64,000 nt of DNA. Origin: Eledone cirrhosa (lineage: Eukaryota). Below, one piece after another: positions 13,600 to 26,599 of this stretch; position 1 is the first letter of the stretch, and every line of letters starts with the position of its first letter. The notes beneath the pieces were generated by a model. It had not been told where the DNA came from. It did no database searches and worked only from the letters and a program-made list of their open reading frames with translations. Both the position numbers and the translations under genes were made by a program. The stretch covers positions 43,586,001-43,650,000 of the forward strand of contig OZ024741.1 of assembly GCA_964016885.1 (NCBI GenBank), read 5' to 3'.

Positions 13600-15235
13600 G
13601 CTTACTTTTACTTGTACTTGTGTCGACATTCACCCTGGACGGGTGAAGCCGGCTTCTTCCCTTGTCCTGGCGGCATCCCGAACCATGGTAGCCGACGAAC
13701 GACGGTCCCGGGCTAGGTCACTGGAGGTAGCGAGCCATTAACGTTTCCATCGGCGCAGGCCGACCACCTGCGGACCTGAGAGTTCGGAGAGGTCCTCCTT
13801 GATCGTCGTTGCGCAGGTCTTCAGCTGTCCGCCAACGCGCTTGCGCCAGTTAGTGAGTGGAGGTGGGAGGAGAACATCGCGGATCATCTCACCCTCAGGG
13901 CGCCGGGCTGTTTGACCATATCATCTCAAGCGCCGTTGCAGAATCACAAAAAGAAGGGGTCGAAGATTCAGGCGAAGACGAAGACTGGCGGTAGCTACCC
14001 GATCAACGCGTCGGCAGCGAAAAATGCAGCGGAGACAGACATTGTCGAAGACCTCCAGCCCTCGTTGATCGACTACGCTTATACGCCATGTTTCACGGTC
14101 ATAGAGGAGGATAGTGCGAATGACGGCCTGGTAGATTCGAGGTAATCTCTCTTCTGTCCCACAGACACCGCTGGAGGCGCCCAAAAGCGGATCTGGCAGC
14201 ACCTATGTAACGCTTGACCTCGGCTGCGCCCAGTCCCGTTGGAACCACTGTTGAGCCCAGGTAAACGAAGGACTCCACATCCTCTAGGTTCACGCCCTCG
14301 AGAGATATTGGCTACCAGGCATCAGGCGAGTCCAGTGATGTCATGGCTTTCCACTTGGCGGCATTTATTCGTAGACCAACAGCGGCGGCTGCAGTGTGCA
14401 CCCTTTCGAGAGCACCTTGTACATCTGTCCCGTTAGCGCCCATCAGCACGATGTCATCCGCGTAGGCCAGTTCCGTCACCACGACCCCTCTTCCGAACAC
14501 TACGCCCGGGTAATTCCGGAGCGCTGTGTTGAGAGTGTAGTCAATGGCGTAGTTAAAGAGAGTTGGCGATAGCGCACACCTCTGCCGAACACCGGTCCCA
14601 ACATCGAACGACTCCGTCTCCCCACCATAGACCCTCACTCGAGCCCGAATCGACCGGTAGTAGCCTTGTATGAGACGAAGCAGCTTCACCGGGATGCCGT
14701 CCGCCTGAATTATACGCCATAGGGCTTCCCGATCTACCGAGTAGAAGCCAGCTGCAAAGTTGATAAAGCAGAGGACGGTAGGGTGTTGATATGCTCACCG
14801 TTGTTCCAGGAGACGCCGGAGATTGAAGATTTGATCAACTCAGCCCCTCCCCTGACGGAGGCCGCCCTGAGAAGGACAGGTACGGACATCACAGATGGCC
14901 TGGAACCTCTTCAGCAGAAGAATTGCGAAGATTTTGGCAGCAACGTCAATTAAACTGATACCCCTGTAGTTGGAACACAGTTTCCTGTCGCCTTTTTTGA
15001 AGAAAGGTAGGAGAGTTGCATCGCTCCAATCACCAGGGAACCGCTCCGTCGCCCACACCGAGGAGAAGACTCGATGGAGCCAAGCTGCGAAGACATCAGG
15101 CTCGGCCTTGTAGACCTCAGCTGGAATGCCATCTTCGCCCGGCGCCTTGTTGTTCCGGAGATGTGTCAGAACACTACATACCTCCTCGACCGTTGAAGGG
15201 GCAGTGCTGCACATATATTCTTCTCCGGAAGGAGG
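13600..15235 (-). mobile_element. RTE-clade LINE, 5'-truncated, GC-rich, frameshifted RT
   Basis: KAPGEDGIPAE, PFFKKGDRKLCSNYRGISL, GVRQRCALSPTLFN, LAYADDIVL, ESFVYLGS; 3' tail caagtacaagtaaaagtaag. Confidence 0.95.
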
Positions 15236-15239
15236 TTAT

Positions 15240-18110
15240 ACTTGGAGTAATAATAGTTAAAGAATGAAGAGCAACATGGTTGGCTGTACAATAAGGGCTT
15301 TAATTTAAGTACTGACAATTGTTTCGTTGATCATGTGAGTCTAGAGTTCACTAATCGCTTGATGTTGCGTTATTCGATCTCCAATACATTATTGACCTAT
15401 GGTCAACACATAAGAGCATGTAGATATGGAAAAAATTCACTCGAGGTAAGACTTATATAGAGAAATAGCGTATAATTAAAACAATAACATCAATAATAAA
15501 ATAGCGTATAATATAAATAATAACATCAATAATAATACAGGTATGTTAAATAGGTAGAGAAGTTACAGATGTAAAAATGAAAAGTAGAATAAAAGATAGG
15601 GTACATTAAAAAGTAAGAAAATGAGAGAATGGGAAATATAAAGAGACAAATAAATAAATAAGTGGGATCGTGTCAGTACATAGTAATAGTTTTTGAGTAA
15701 GTGTTCTTAGGTGGGAAGCTAGATTTGAGATGTACATAGATGCGTGTAGAGGATCCGATAAAAGAGACAATAAATTAGAAATTAATTGCTGGATGTATGT
15801 ATGATATTTATGGGCTAGGGATGACGGGAGATTTTATAAACGCTTGTTGTAAATGTTTTGCTGATTGTTCTATCTTAATGGGGTTGATGTTGTTTCAGAG
15901 AGAGAGGGTGAAAGAAATGATCAGAGATTTATGATCCAGTGACCAGTTGTTCGTTTGATAGCTAATAGCAATGCGATGGTGTGTATTCTAGATGTTAAAA
16001 TCTAGGTGGTTCAGTACTAATTTAGGGATTGCTGGTTCAATTCATGGTGGTTTAAAGATTTTGAATCTAGTATTTTATGTCCTCGGAAAATAGATCTTTC
16101 TATTTTGTTGTTGAGAAGCATCCCATCGTACCTTAAAATTGTAGTAGTTCTAAATTACAAAGCCCGCAGTGGGACATACCGTTTCTGTAGGCTTTCGCTA
16201 CCGATAATTTTGACCAGCTAATCTTATATTCTAGGTTTCTGTCCTTAAGTTGCCAGATTTTATTGGCGAGCGTCGTAGAGTTCTCCAGTGCGCGGTTCTT
16301 CATGGAGTGTCTTTGGACGTAACCCCTTTTCTTAAACTCCCCAGACGTGGAACCTATGTAGTGCCAGCTAGAATTGTCTGAATTCACAGTACACCGGTAT
16401 ACTATACTCGAATCCAGGCATCTATTCTGTAGTGGGCACTTATCTGGTAGGTGGCAATTACAATTTGAGGTTTTATTTTGTGCAGGTTCATCGTTGCGGT
16501 TTTGTAAGTTGTTGTAGGTGGCTTGTGATTTAGGCCTACTAATGTTTTGTTGTGATGCGTTCCGATGCGTTTGTGTTGTGATGTGTTATGTGTTTGTGTT
16601 TTGTATTTGGTGCGTGTTGGTAGGTTAATTTCTTTAGAGATTTTTTGTGGTTGATGTTACGTATGTGCGTATGTTGGTTGCAGTAGAGTAGGAAAGTTTT
16701 ATAGTTTTTCTATTGAAGATTTTATGGTATTTGTGTAGTGAAGGGATGTGCTTACCTATTAGTTTAAATAATGTAGAAGGTAGTTTAGTTTTTATAGAGG
16801 AGTTGAATATTAGATTGAACCATAGGTACTTTCTATCTCTGGATCTTTGATAGTTTTTTGGGGGTTCTTATATCAGTGTTCTGTTCGGTTATTTTTGGTA
16901 TTCGTTGTCTAACTCTATGTTTAGTCCTATGCTTGGTATTTCTACATGAGCGGGTAGTGTTGCTGTTGTTAGGTTTTTTATTGTTGTCTCTATCTAGTAT
17001 GTATTCCAGTTTCTCTTTATGTCCAGCCTTATGTAAAGCTATGTAATAATAGTTTGCGTGTTCGTTAAAAATTTCTAGGTTCGAAGATAGGCGGGATATT
17101 CTGAGGGATATACTATGTGCTATGGAGTTAATTATGGATCGGGGGTGATTTGAGTTATAACTAATGTATGCTAGATTTTCGTTATTCTTATGGAAGGGTT
17201 CTATTAATCATGTGTTTAGGTTGAGAGTTACATCTAAGAAATTTGCTTTTTTAGAGTTACGTTCGAAAGTGATGCCTAGGCCTATTTTTTTTAAGAATAC
17301 TCTAATGTTTTTTCTTAATCTTTCCATGTTCTGATTATTTAAGTTTTTGGCTAGAAGGAGTGTATCGTCTCTGTAAATTCCTCCTTGGAGGTTATTGAAT
17401 TCCTTATGTAAGTTGTGCACTATATATATTCTCACCAATCTTATTTGCGCTGAGTCGTTAGATCCCATTGTGATATCGAAGCTATTCTGTCTGTTTTTTT
17501 CGTTCCCAGTAACTATTTTCGAATCTAATGATAGTCCTTCTAGCAGCTTGTATTATTTTAATTTCGTCCGAGGTAAGATCCGAATTCTTTTTGGCAAAGG
17601 TTAGCGCTTTACCCAGGGGGACTGGGGATATTGATGAGTAGTAGTCATTAATTGTTTCTACGTTAGGCACAAGGCCAGCAATTACCGGTACTTTATTTTA
17701 TCGACCCCGTAAGGATGAAAGGCAAAGTTAACCTTGGCGGGATTTGAATTCAGAATGGCAAGGGCCGTAACTCTATACGTCAAAGCATGGCGTCTGACCC
17801 TCTACCGATACTGCCAATTCACTGCCCTTTACGTAGGTAGTAGTCATTAATGTCGAGTAGTAGTCATTACTGTCGAATTGTATGAAGTTGGATGTTTCTC
17901 TACTGTTTATTTTGCTGAACCAGTCTATTGCTTCGTTAGTGTTACCCCATAGCTTAATTACCAGTTTGTCTTTAATTTGTGCGATTCCTCTATCTAGTAT
18001 ATACTTGCTAATTCTATCGATATCCGAATTAGATGGGCATATTAATCTAATTGTGGGGTCTGTTTCGAAATTATTTTTGTGATCCTTTAGGTTAAATGTG
18101 GGGTTACAAG
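15240..18110 (-). mobile_element. Penelope-like element (Neptune-type): RT, GIY-YIG and pLTR, 5'-truncated
   Basis: LKDHKNNF...RLICP, FIQFD..DYY, MGSNDSAQI, GIYRDD, NFLDVTLNL, CNC..PDKCPLQNRCL, HYIGSTSGEFKKR, CGLCNLE. The pLTR carries GAAAC-aatt-GTC at about 15322-15335. Confidence 0.95.
17651..17836 (-). mobile_element. Main-family SINE inserted in the PLE RT
   Basis: Family consensus match; target-site duplication gtagtagtcattaat on both sides. Confidence 0.95.
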
Positions 18111-18111
18111 G

Positions 18112-20985
18112 AAAGTCAGGAACCACCACCACCACCACTACTGAATTCAAGCATAATAGCTGAGTTACTGAACGACAGTATCCCTCAACCACTTTCTCAG
18201 CCATCATTATCGCCATCACTACCATAAACGTCACCATCTTCTGCCACATCAACTGCTAATAATGGACCACTGCTTTCTCTCCCACCACTCTCACAGCCTC
18301 CACCACAGTTGTCATCATCATCATCATCGTCAGCACCACCCTTTTCTTCTCCCACATCACCATCACAGTCATGCTTTTACAAAAATCAATGGTGCTGTAT
18401 GCACCCCCCACTACACAAACCAGAAACACCAAAATATGCCGCTACTCACTACGTCAGAGGCTATGCACACGTAGCGACTGCATATTTACCCATTTACCTG
18501 GTACTAGACGCTCTGATACTGCCAGCCAACACCAAAGCACGCTGCCCACACATATAAGTCGGAGTCCCCAAATCTGGCGACATTCCCAACATTGAGACTA
18601 TGTCTGCTGAATTGACTGTCCCTTCACTCATCTTCCCCGGACACAACGCACGAACAGAAAAGGGGATCCATGCCAACCCACAGACCACAAATAAGCCACC
18701 CCTGCTGCAGTAATGCTGCTCCAGTCTTTTCACAAAGACACGATTACAACAACAAAAGCAACAACAACAAAAGTAATGCTGCTCCAGTCCTGTCACAAAG
18801 ACACGATTGCAACAACAAAAGTAATTCTGCTCCAGTATTTTCAGAAACTCACAATTACAACAAATACAACAACAACAACAACAAAAGAGGGAACTGCAAC
18901 CCTATCCAATGGTGTAACCATAAATCCAATCAAAACTGCTCCCTGAACAATCTCAAAACAAGCCCCCTGCAACAGTCAAAACCAGCCACCACCACTAGCC
19001 ACCAAAATTCTATTCAATACCCAATGGCCCATCCATCAATGGACATAAATGGAAGATCCAATTCATTGAAGATTGGGTTGGTAACCATCCATTTCAAATC
19101 ACCTTCTTCATTCTTACAGAGACCCACCTTGACAACCGTCACTTGGAGGCCGAAGTAAGAGTGAGGAATTTCACAACCATCCGCGCGAAACCTGTTGGCA
19201 GAAGGAAGGGTGGAACTGCCATTTTCCTGCATGATTCCTTTACAGCAAATGGTAACACAACATTCTCCAATGGCTACTGTGAATCAGTCACTGTGCACAA
19301 TAAAGCCAATGACCTGACATTAGTTGGGCTCTATAGGCCATCACAAACACCCATAATTTTCTTCAAAGAATGCCTCAACAGTATTAGATGCTTTATTAAA
19401 CAGTGCCATTCTAGCAACATACTTTTGATGGGAGACTCTAATCTACCCTGTGTCGATTGGTCTAGAAGCAGTGTGAAACCAGGCACCCCAACCTCAACCA
19501 CTGACAAAGAAGCAGTCGAGACACTTCATGAATTAATTTTTCTTGCCCCAACTTGTCCTTGCACCAACAAGGCATCAGAAGAACATTCTGGATCTAGTGT
19601 TTAGTAACCACACTAACACTATACAAAATATTACAGTGGAAAAGCCCTTCTCTCATACCATGACATGGTTCTTTGTAACCTGAGATTCCACCAGCGGAAC
19701 GCTAATTCTAGGCACCTCTTTCCAGCCTACCCATTTGATAACATGGATCTCTACAATGCCAACTGGGATGCAATTATGAACGAACTATCACATGTTGACA
19801 CGCACACATTTCCACTAACATCAAAACACTGCCACAAATATATATATAAACCACACCCCACTAAAACCTGTGAACAAAACTAAGTGCAGTATCCCCCAAA
19901 ACAGAAAAACAATTATCAGAAAAATAAAAAGAACAAACAATAAAATTAACACACTAAAATACTGCCAACAGCATCACACACATTCGACTAAAAAAAAATA
20001 TAACCTCCAACAATGCACGAAGACCATCATCAATAACCAGAGAACAGCTGAAGATAAGTGGGTCATTGAGAAAATCAAACTCAACCCCAAAGTGTTCTTT
20101 TAATTTGCAAAAAAAAAAAGGTCACTGTCACCACTGTTGGCCGTCTAGTTAACGAACATGGCACCCTCCAAGATAATGCCAAAACCATGGGCGAGATAGT
20201 GCAGAAATAATACTGCTCTGTTTTCAGCAATCGTGATCTGGGCTGTATCAGTTATGTTAATCCCCAACACACTATATCTGATATAACGTTTGGCGCCCCT
20301 GATGTCTTAGCGGCAATAAACGAAATTAAACACAATTCAGCAGTAGGCTCCTACAGGTTCTCTGCTTGTGTCCTGAAGATGTGTCGACACCAACTTGCAT
20401 CTCCTCTTGTTAATCTGTGGAGGAACTCACTGGATACTGGCTATATTCCTGAAAACCTTCTGTCCCAGTCCGTTGTCCCAGTCTTCAAAAAGGGAAATAA
20501 GTCCCTTGCAGTGAACTACCGTCCGATCTCACTGCCCTCTCACATTATCAAGTTATTTGTGAGGGTGGTGAGATCACGAATAACCAACTTTCTTGAAAGC
20601 AACGGCCTGCTGAACTCCAACAAACATGGGTTCCGTAATGGAGGCGACTGCCTAACGTAGCTCCTGCATCACTTTTGACGATGTTTTAAGGGCCTTGGGA
20701 GAGGGCTCCAACACTGATGTCATCTACCTTGATTTCAGTAAGGCTTTTGACAGGGTTGATCATAAGATTCTACTGAAAAAACTATCCAATATTGGTGTAT
20801 CTGGAAGGTTACTACGGTGGATCATATGTTTCCTGACTGAGAGAACCCAACATGTAGTATTCGATGGAGTAAAATCAAGCCCTGTCAAAGTTAGCAGTGG
20901 CGTCCCACAAGGCAGTGTGTTTCGGCCCACTTCTTTTAATCATCTACATTAATGACATTACTGACATCATCAAGCACAGCAATTT
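18112..20985 (+). mobile_element. CR1/L2-group LINE: ORF1 (CCCH fingers), APE endonuclease and RT, degraded
   Basis: KICRYSLRQRLCTRSDCIFTH; GGTAIF, VGLYRP, MGDSNLP, LDLVF; NYRPISL, YLDFSKAFDRVDH, SGVPQGSV. Confidence 0.93.
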
Positions 20986-21007
20986 CCCAAAATAAATTTT
21001 TTTCGGC

Positions 21008-21069
<62 letters not shown>

Positions 21070-21300
21070 TATGTATTTATATATCGATGATATTTATACA
21101 TGGAAACTATATTTATAAAACCATATTTATTCTACTATATATACTTCAATGGTAGCAATACTTTGATACGCCCTCATCGGATAAAATACAAAATTTGTTT
21201 TATAAGTAGTGACATACTCAGGTATCTGACCTTAACAGTTCAGATTCTGTTTGGATATAAATGTATTTGTGGAATTACCAAGAAATTAAATATCTCTTTG

Positions 21301-21375
<75 letters not shown>

Positions 21376-21377
<2 letters not shown>

Positions 21378-21625
21378 GTGACACAGAGGGGACTGAATTT
21401 AGCTGGACGTGCTCACCGACATACAGAGCTGACACTGCACTCAATGCTCCTGTGGGGACCCTTGCATGGACACAATGGAAGAGGAAGAACACAGTTAACG
21501 TATGTTAATGCCCTAAGGACAGACACTGGTCTGTTGGAGTCGCAGGACATGGCAACGATAATGAGGAACAGAGACCGCTGAAGAGAACTCGTCCATGGGC
21601 TTCGGTAATTTTACCCGCCCTAGAT
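21376..21625 (+). mobile_element. RTE-X LINE 3' end (also at 40482-40650; tip inverted at 50530-50558)
   Basis: LAGRAHRH.EL...LLWGPLHG..GRGR..LTYVNALRTDTGL...MRNRDR. Confidence 0.85.
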
Positions 21626-21680
21626 AGATATATATATATTCATATATAAATATATATATTTATGTATATATATATTTATA

Positions 21681-21727
<47 letters not shown>

Positions 21728-21729
21728 AT

Positions 21730-22079
21730 AACTTTGATAATTTTGATAGATTTCGGCCAGTGTTTCGGCACCATGGCGCACTCGAGAGGAGAGTTATTGT
21801 TTACGGAGGTATATCCAGGTGTAGAAGGCTGATCCGGGATTTCATGAAGGAATTTTTCCAAAGACCTCTTGAACTTGATGGGGTCTGTTTCTGTGTTGAT
21901 GTGTTTTGGTGTAATCTTAAAGAGGGACGGGCCAATTGAGGTGAAATAATTGTGCCGTATTGTTGTTATGAGATGCGAGTGAGATTGTTATTGTGGGCGG
22001 ATAGCACGGGTCCAAGCGTTGGGTGTACATTAAAGGTGATGCCAACATCATTTGGGCAGAGTTATCAAAGTTATCAAAG

Positions 22080-22080
<1 letters not shown>
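21730..22080 (-). mobile_element. CR1-group LINE 3' end, inverted relative to 18112-20985
   Basis: GPSLF..., FKRSLEKFLHEIPDQPSTPGY...NNNS. The tail ttatcaaagtt is present at both ends in opposite orientation. Confidence 0.85.
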
Positions 22081-22109
<29 letters not shown>

Positions 22110-22116
<7 letters not shown>

Positions 22117-22700
22117 TTTAGGTATGATACATTTTATTACTAATTATATCTAAATGTTTCTTCTCTCTTCATAATGTATATATATATATATATATTTATA
22201 TACAGATGAGATTCTACAGGACTAGAACTATTTCATTTTTTTAGAAATCATCAGGAATCTGGCTTTCCAAAAATAAATGTTGTGGTATTTATATATTACC
22301 GGCGGTAGGAGAAGGCGAGTAGTGAGTTGGGTGGAGGTCATTGGTTGAAGGAAAAAGTAATTCATTAAAAGCTAATTCTTTAAGGCTATAATTTATATGT
22401 AGAGTGACAAAGGCAGAATGAATTCTATAAGCATTTCAGAATGGGGTTCAACTCCTTATTTTTAAGTTTCTCTTAAGCTGACAATGACTATATTTCAGGT
22501 GTCTATAAGAAGGTGGGGGGTCGGTCATGGTTGATGAATTTAAAGAAAAGGGGAATTCTTTAAAAGCTAATTCTTTAAAGCTCTACTTAGAGGACAAAGG
22601 CCAAGAGAATTCTATAAACCCTTTCAAAGTATCGGGTGCCTATCATATCATAATTGTCATATTTCTCTTAAGCTATATTCCAGGTGTCAACAGACACATT
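22110..22700 (-). mobile_element. PLE pLTR fragment with two degenerate tandem units and a hammerhead at 22209-22260
   Basis: agattc-CTGATGA-...-GAAA-tag ttctagtc ct-GTA-gaatct. The units aaagctaattcttta...gaattctataa...caggtgtc are repeated. Confidence 0.65.
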
Positions 22701-22787
22701 CACACACACACACACACACACCCACACATATATATATATAAATATTTATATATATATATACATACACATATACATACATATATACAT

Positions 22788-22855
<68 letters not shown>

Positions 22856-22954
22856 GGATGTGAATGGATACAGTTTAGTTAAAAGGAATTTATTGACACG
22901 TGTTTCTATAACAGTTACATAACCTGAAAACATATTACAACACTACGGAAAATA

Positions 22955-24419
<1,465 letters not shown>

Positions 24420-24449
24420 AATAAATATGTATATATATATATATCATTA

Positions 24450-24690
24450 TAAGAAAGTAAATGGTTTGAAGCATAGTTACGGCCATTGACATTCCATATA
24501 TATATATATATATATATATAAGAAAGTAGATGCTTTGAAGCATAGAGTTACGGCCATTTCCATTCTGAGTTCAATTCCCGCGGAGGTTAACTTTGCCTTT
24601 TATCCTTACGGGGTCGATTAAATAAAGTACCAGTAATGCACTGGGTAATTGCTGGCCTTGTGCGAAAAGTGGAAACAATTATAAGAAAGT
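24450..24690 (+). mobile_element. Main-family SINE, 5'-truncated with a duplicated 5' junction
   Basis: Core and tail match; ataagaaagta.atg occurs at about 24449, 24518 and 24681. Confidence 0.9.
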
Positions 24691-25573
24691 AAATGTTTGA
24701 TTTTGTATCATTTATGACATCCTATACTTTGAATGTAATATAATAATAGTATAAACAACATCAACGAAGATCGCTGATATAAATATACCATCCTTCGGCT
24801 ATCCTGTTCAGAGATTGCACACATTTAGTTTTAGAGTAGAGTGGTGGCTCTGCTATATATATATATATATATATATGGCTTCTAAAATATTATTTAAGAA
24901 AGCAAATATAATCTTCAAATTTTTTTTTTAATATATATATATATATATATAAAATAAAGTTAAATGAACTATAACTTCCTCCATACACACAACCAGAAGA
25001 TGGCAATACAAGCACTCAGCTGAACAATGTGAATGGACACACCTCCCCACCACCACTATGAGAGATGGTGGCAGGAGGGATGAAGAAAAAACACACAGAT
25101 ACTTCTAAATTGTCAACAGAAGCAAGACATAAGCCGACCACAAAACCAACAACACTACCAAAATAATGGTAGAGGTCAAATGTACTTAACAATAGCAAAC
25201 ACAAACACTACAGGGAGCCTCACCCCAGAAAGAATTCTATAGACTTCTGACTGAGGAATGCTCTCAGAACTGACCAATGGGAAGTTTGACACTTTTTTTG
25301 TTATTTTGTTCTTTTAACACCTTGTCCCTTCTACCATTTTATCAATTTTTTAAGCTAACTCCAACAAAACAACACTTAGAATGAGGAATGTTCTAACAAC
25401 TGACCAATGAGAGGAGAAGAGGCCCTTTGACACTGAAATTCGTTTGTTTGAATTCATATGATTCCAGTTCCTCAGTGAAATAACAACCCAACCAGGAACT
25501 GGGCATATGAGAGTATTGACAATATTATACACCTCAAAAACATATGTACTTGTCTTTACCACACTAATTCGGA

Positions 25574-25626
25574 CTGCCTGAAGAGGTCACAGCCAAATAT
25601 GGCTGTCACTGAAACATATATAGCAG
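25574..25626 (+). ncRNA. Type-I hammerhead ribozyme in a pLTR-like fragment (about 24960-25700)
   Basis: ctgc-CTGAAGA-g-gtcacagcca aata tggctgtcac-t-GAAAC-atat-ATA-gcag. Confidence 0.75.
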
Positions 25627-25774
25627 CAATAAACGAAGCTAAATTTTAAACATTTGACTTTTTATTTAACTTTATTTTACATTACTCCGGAGTAACCAAA
25701 CCAACCTGCGCATTTCGTCGAGTGCTCCAGACTGCATACTGAGCTGTTGGTATACAACCAACATATACTCAAAA

Positions 25775-25820
<46 letters not shown>

Positions 25821-26152
25821 TTTTGAGTATATGTTGGTTGTATATATATATATAAGGTGAAGTTGGAAATAGCACGGAAAATATATTTTAGGTTCTGTTT
25901 TTCTTTTTTTTTTCCATTCTTTTATTCGTGAATGTGACATTATTGATAAAATGAGAAGGACAATTCTTCTAAAAAAGAGTTTTTTAATGTATATAAAGTA
26001 TATAAAGTATTACCAGTTTCGATGTATTATTAAAATTCATCTTTTCAAAGTATTACAATTAAAAAGAATTAATAAGTATTAAATATTTAAAATTAAGAGG
26101 TAAGTTTTTTTCATCTTCCTTGCTGAGGAGGAATACATACATATGAGTATAG

Positions 26153-26296
<144 letters not shown>

Positions 26297-26371
26297 GTGT
26301 TTGGGCGTGTGTGCGTTTATGCATTTATATATATAAATATATTTATACATATATACATGTATTATTATGAA

Positions 26372-26590
26372 GAGGCTTGATTGGCAGTATCGTTAGAACA
26401 TCGGGCACCATGCTTCGCAGCATAGAGTTACGGTCCTTTGCGTTCTGAGCTCATATCACTCCAATGTTAGCTTTGCCTTTCACCCATACGGCATCAATGA
26501 AATAAAGTACCAGTAACGCTCTGGGGTCAAATTGGTCGACTTTCCCCTTCCATAATAATTGTTAACCTTGTACGTAAATGAGAAACCTTT
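26372..26590 (+). mobile_element. Main-family SINE, older long variant
   Basis: Head and core match, with the extra ggggtc..ggtcgactttcccctt segment also seen in 57577-57795. Confidence 0.9.
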
Positions 26591-26599
26591 ATTGTTGTG

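Noticed and set aside
18710-18860. CRISPR-like repeat-spacer array (gtaatgctgctccagtc units)
   Set aside because: Only three degenerate coding repeats inside a LINE ORF1, in a eukaryotic context with no cas genes.
26005-26058. Hammerhead TTGAAAA-gatg...catc-GAAAC-tg-GTA on the minus strand
   Set aside because: The core and stem II fit, but stem I cannot form; not counted as a confident ribozyme.
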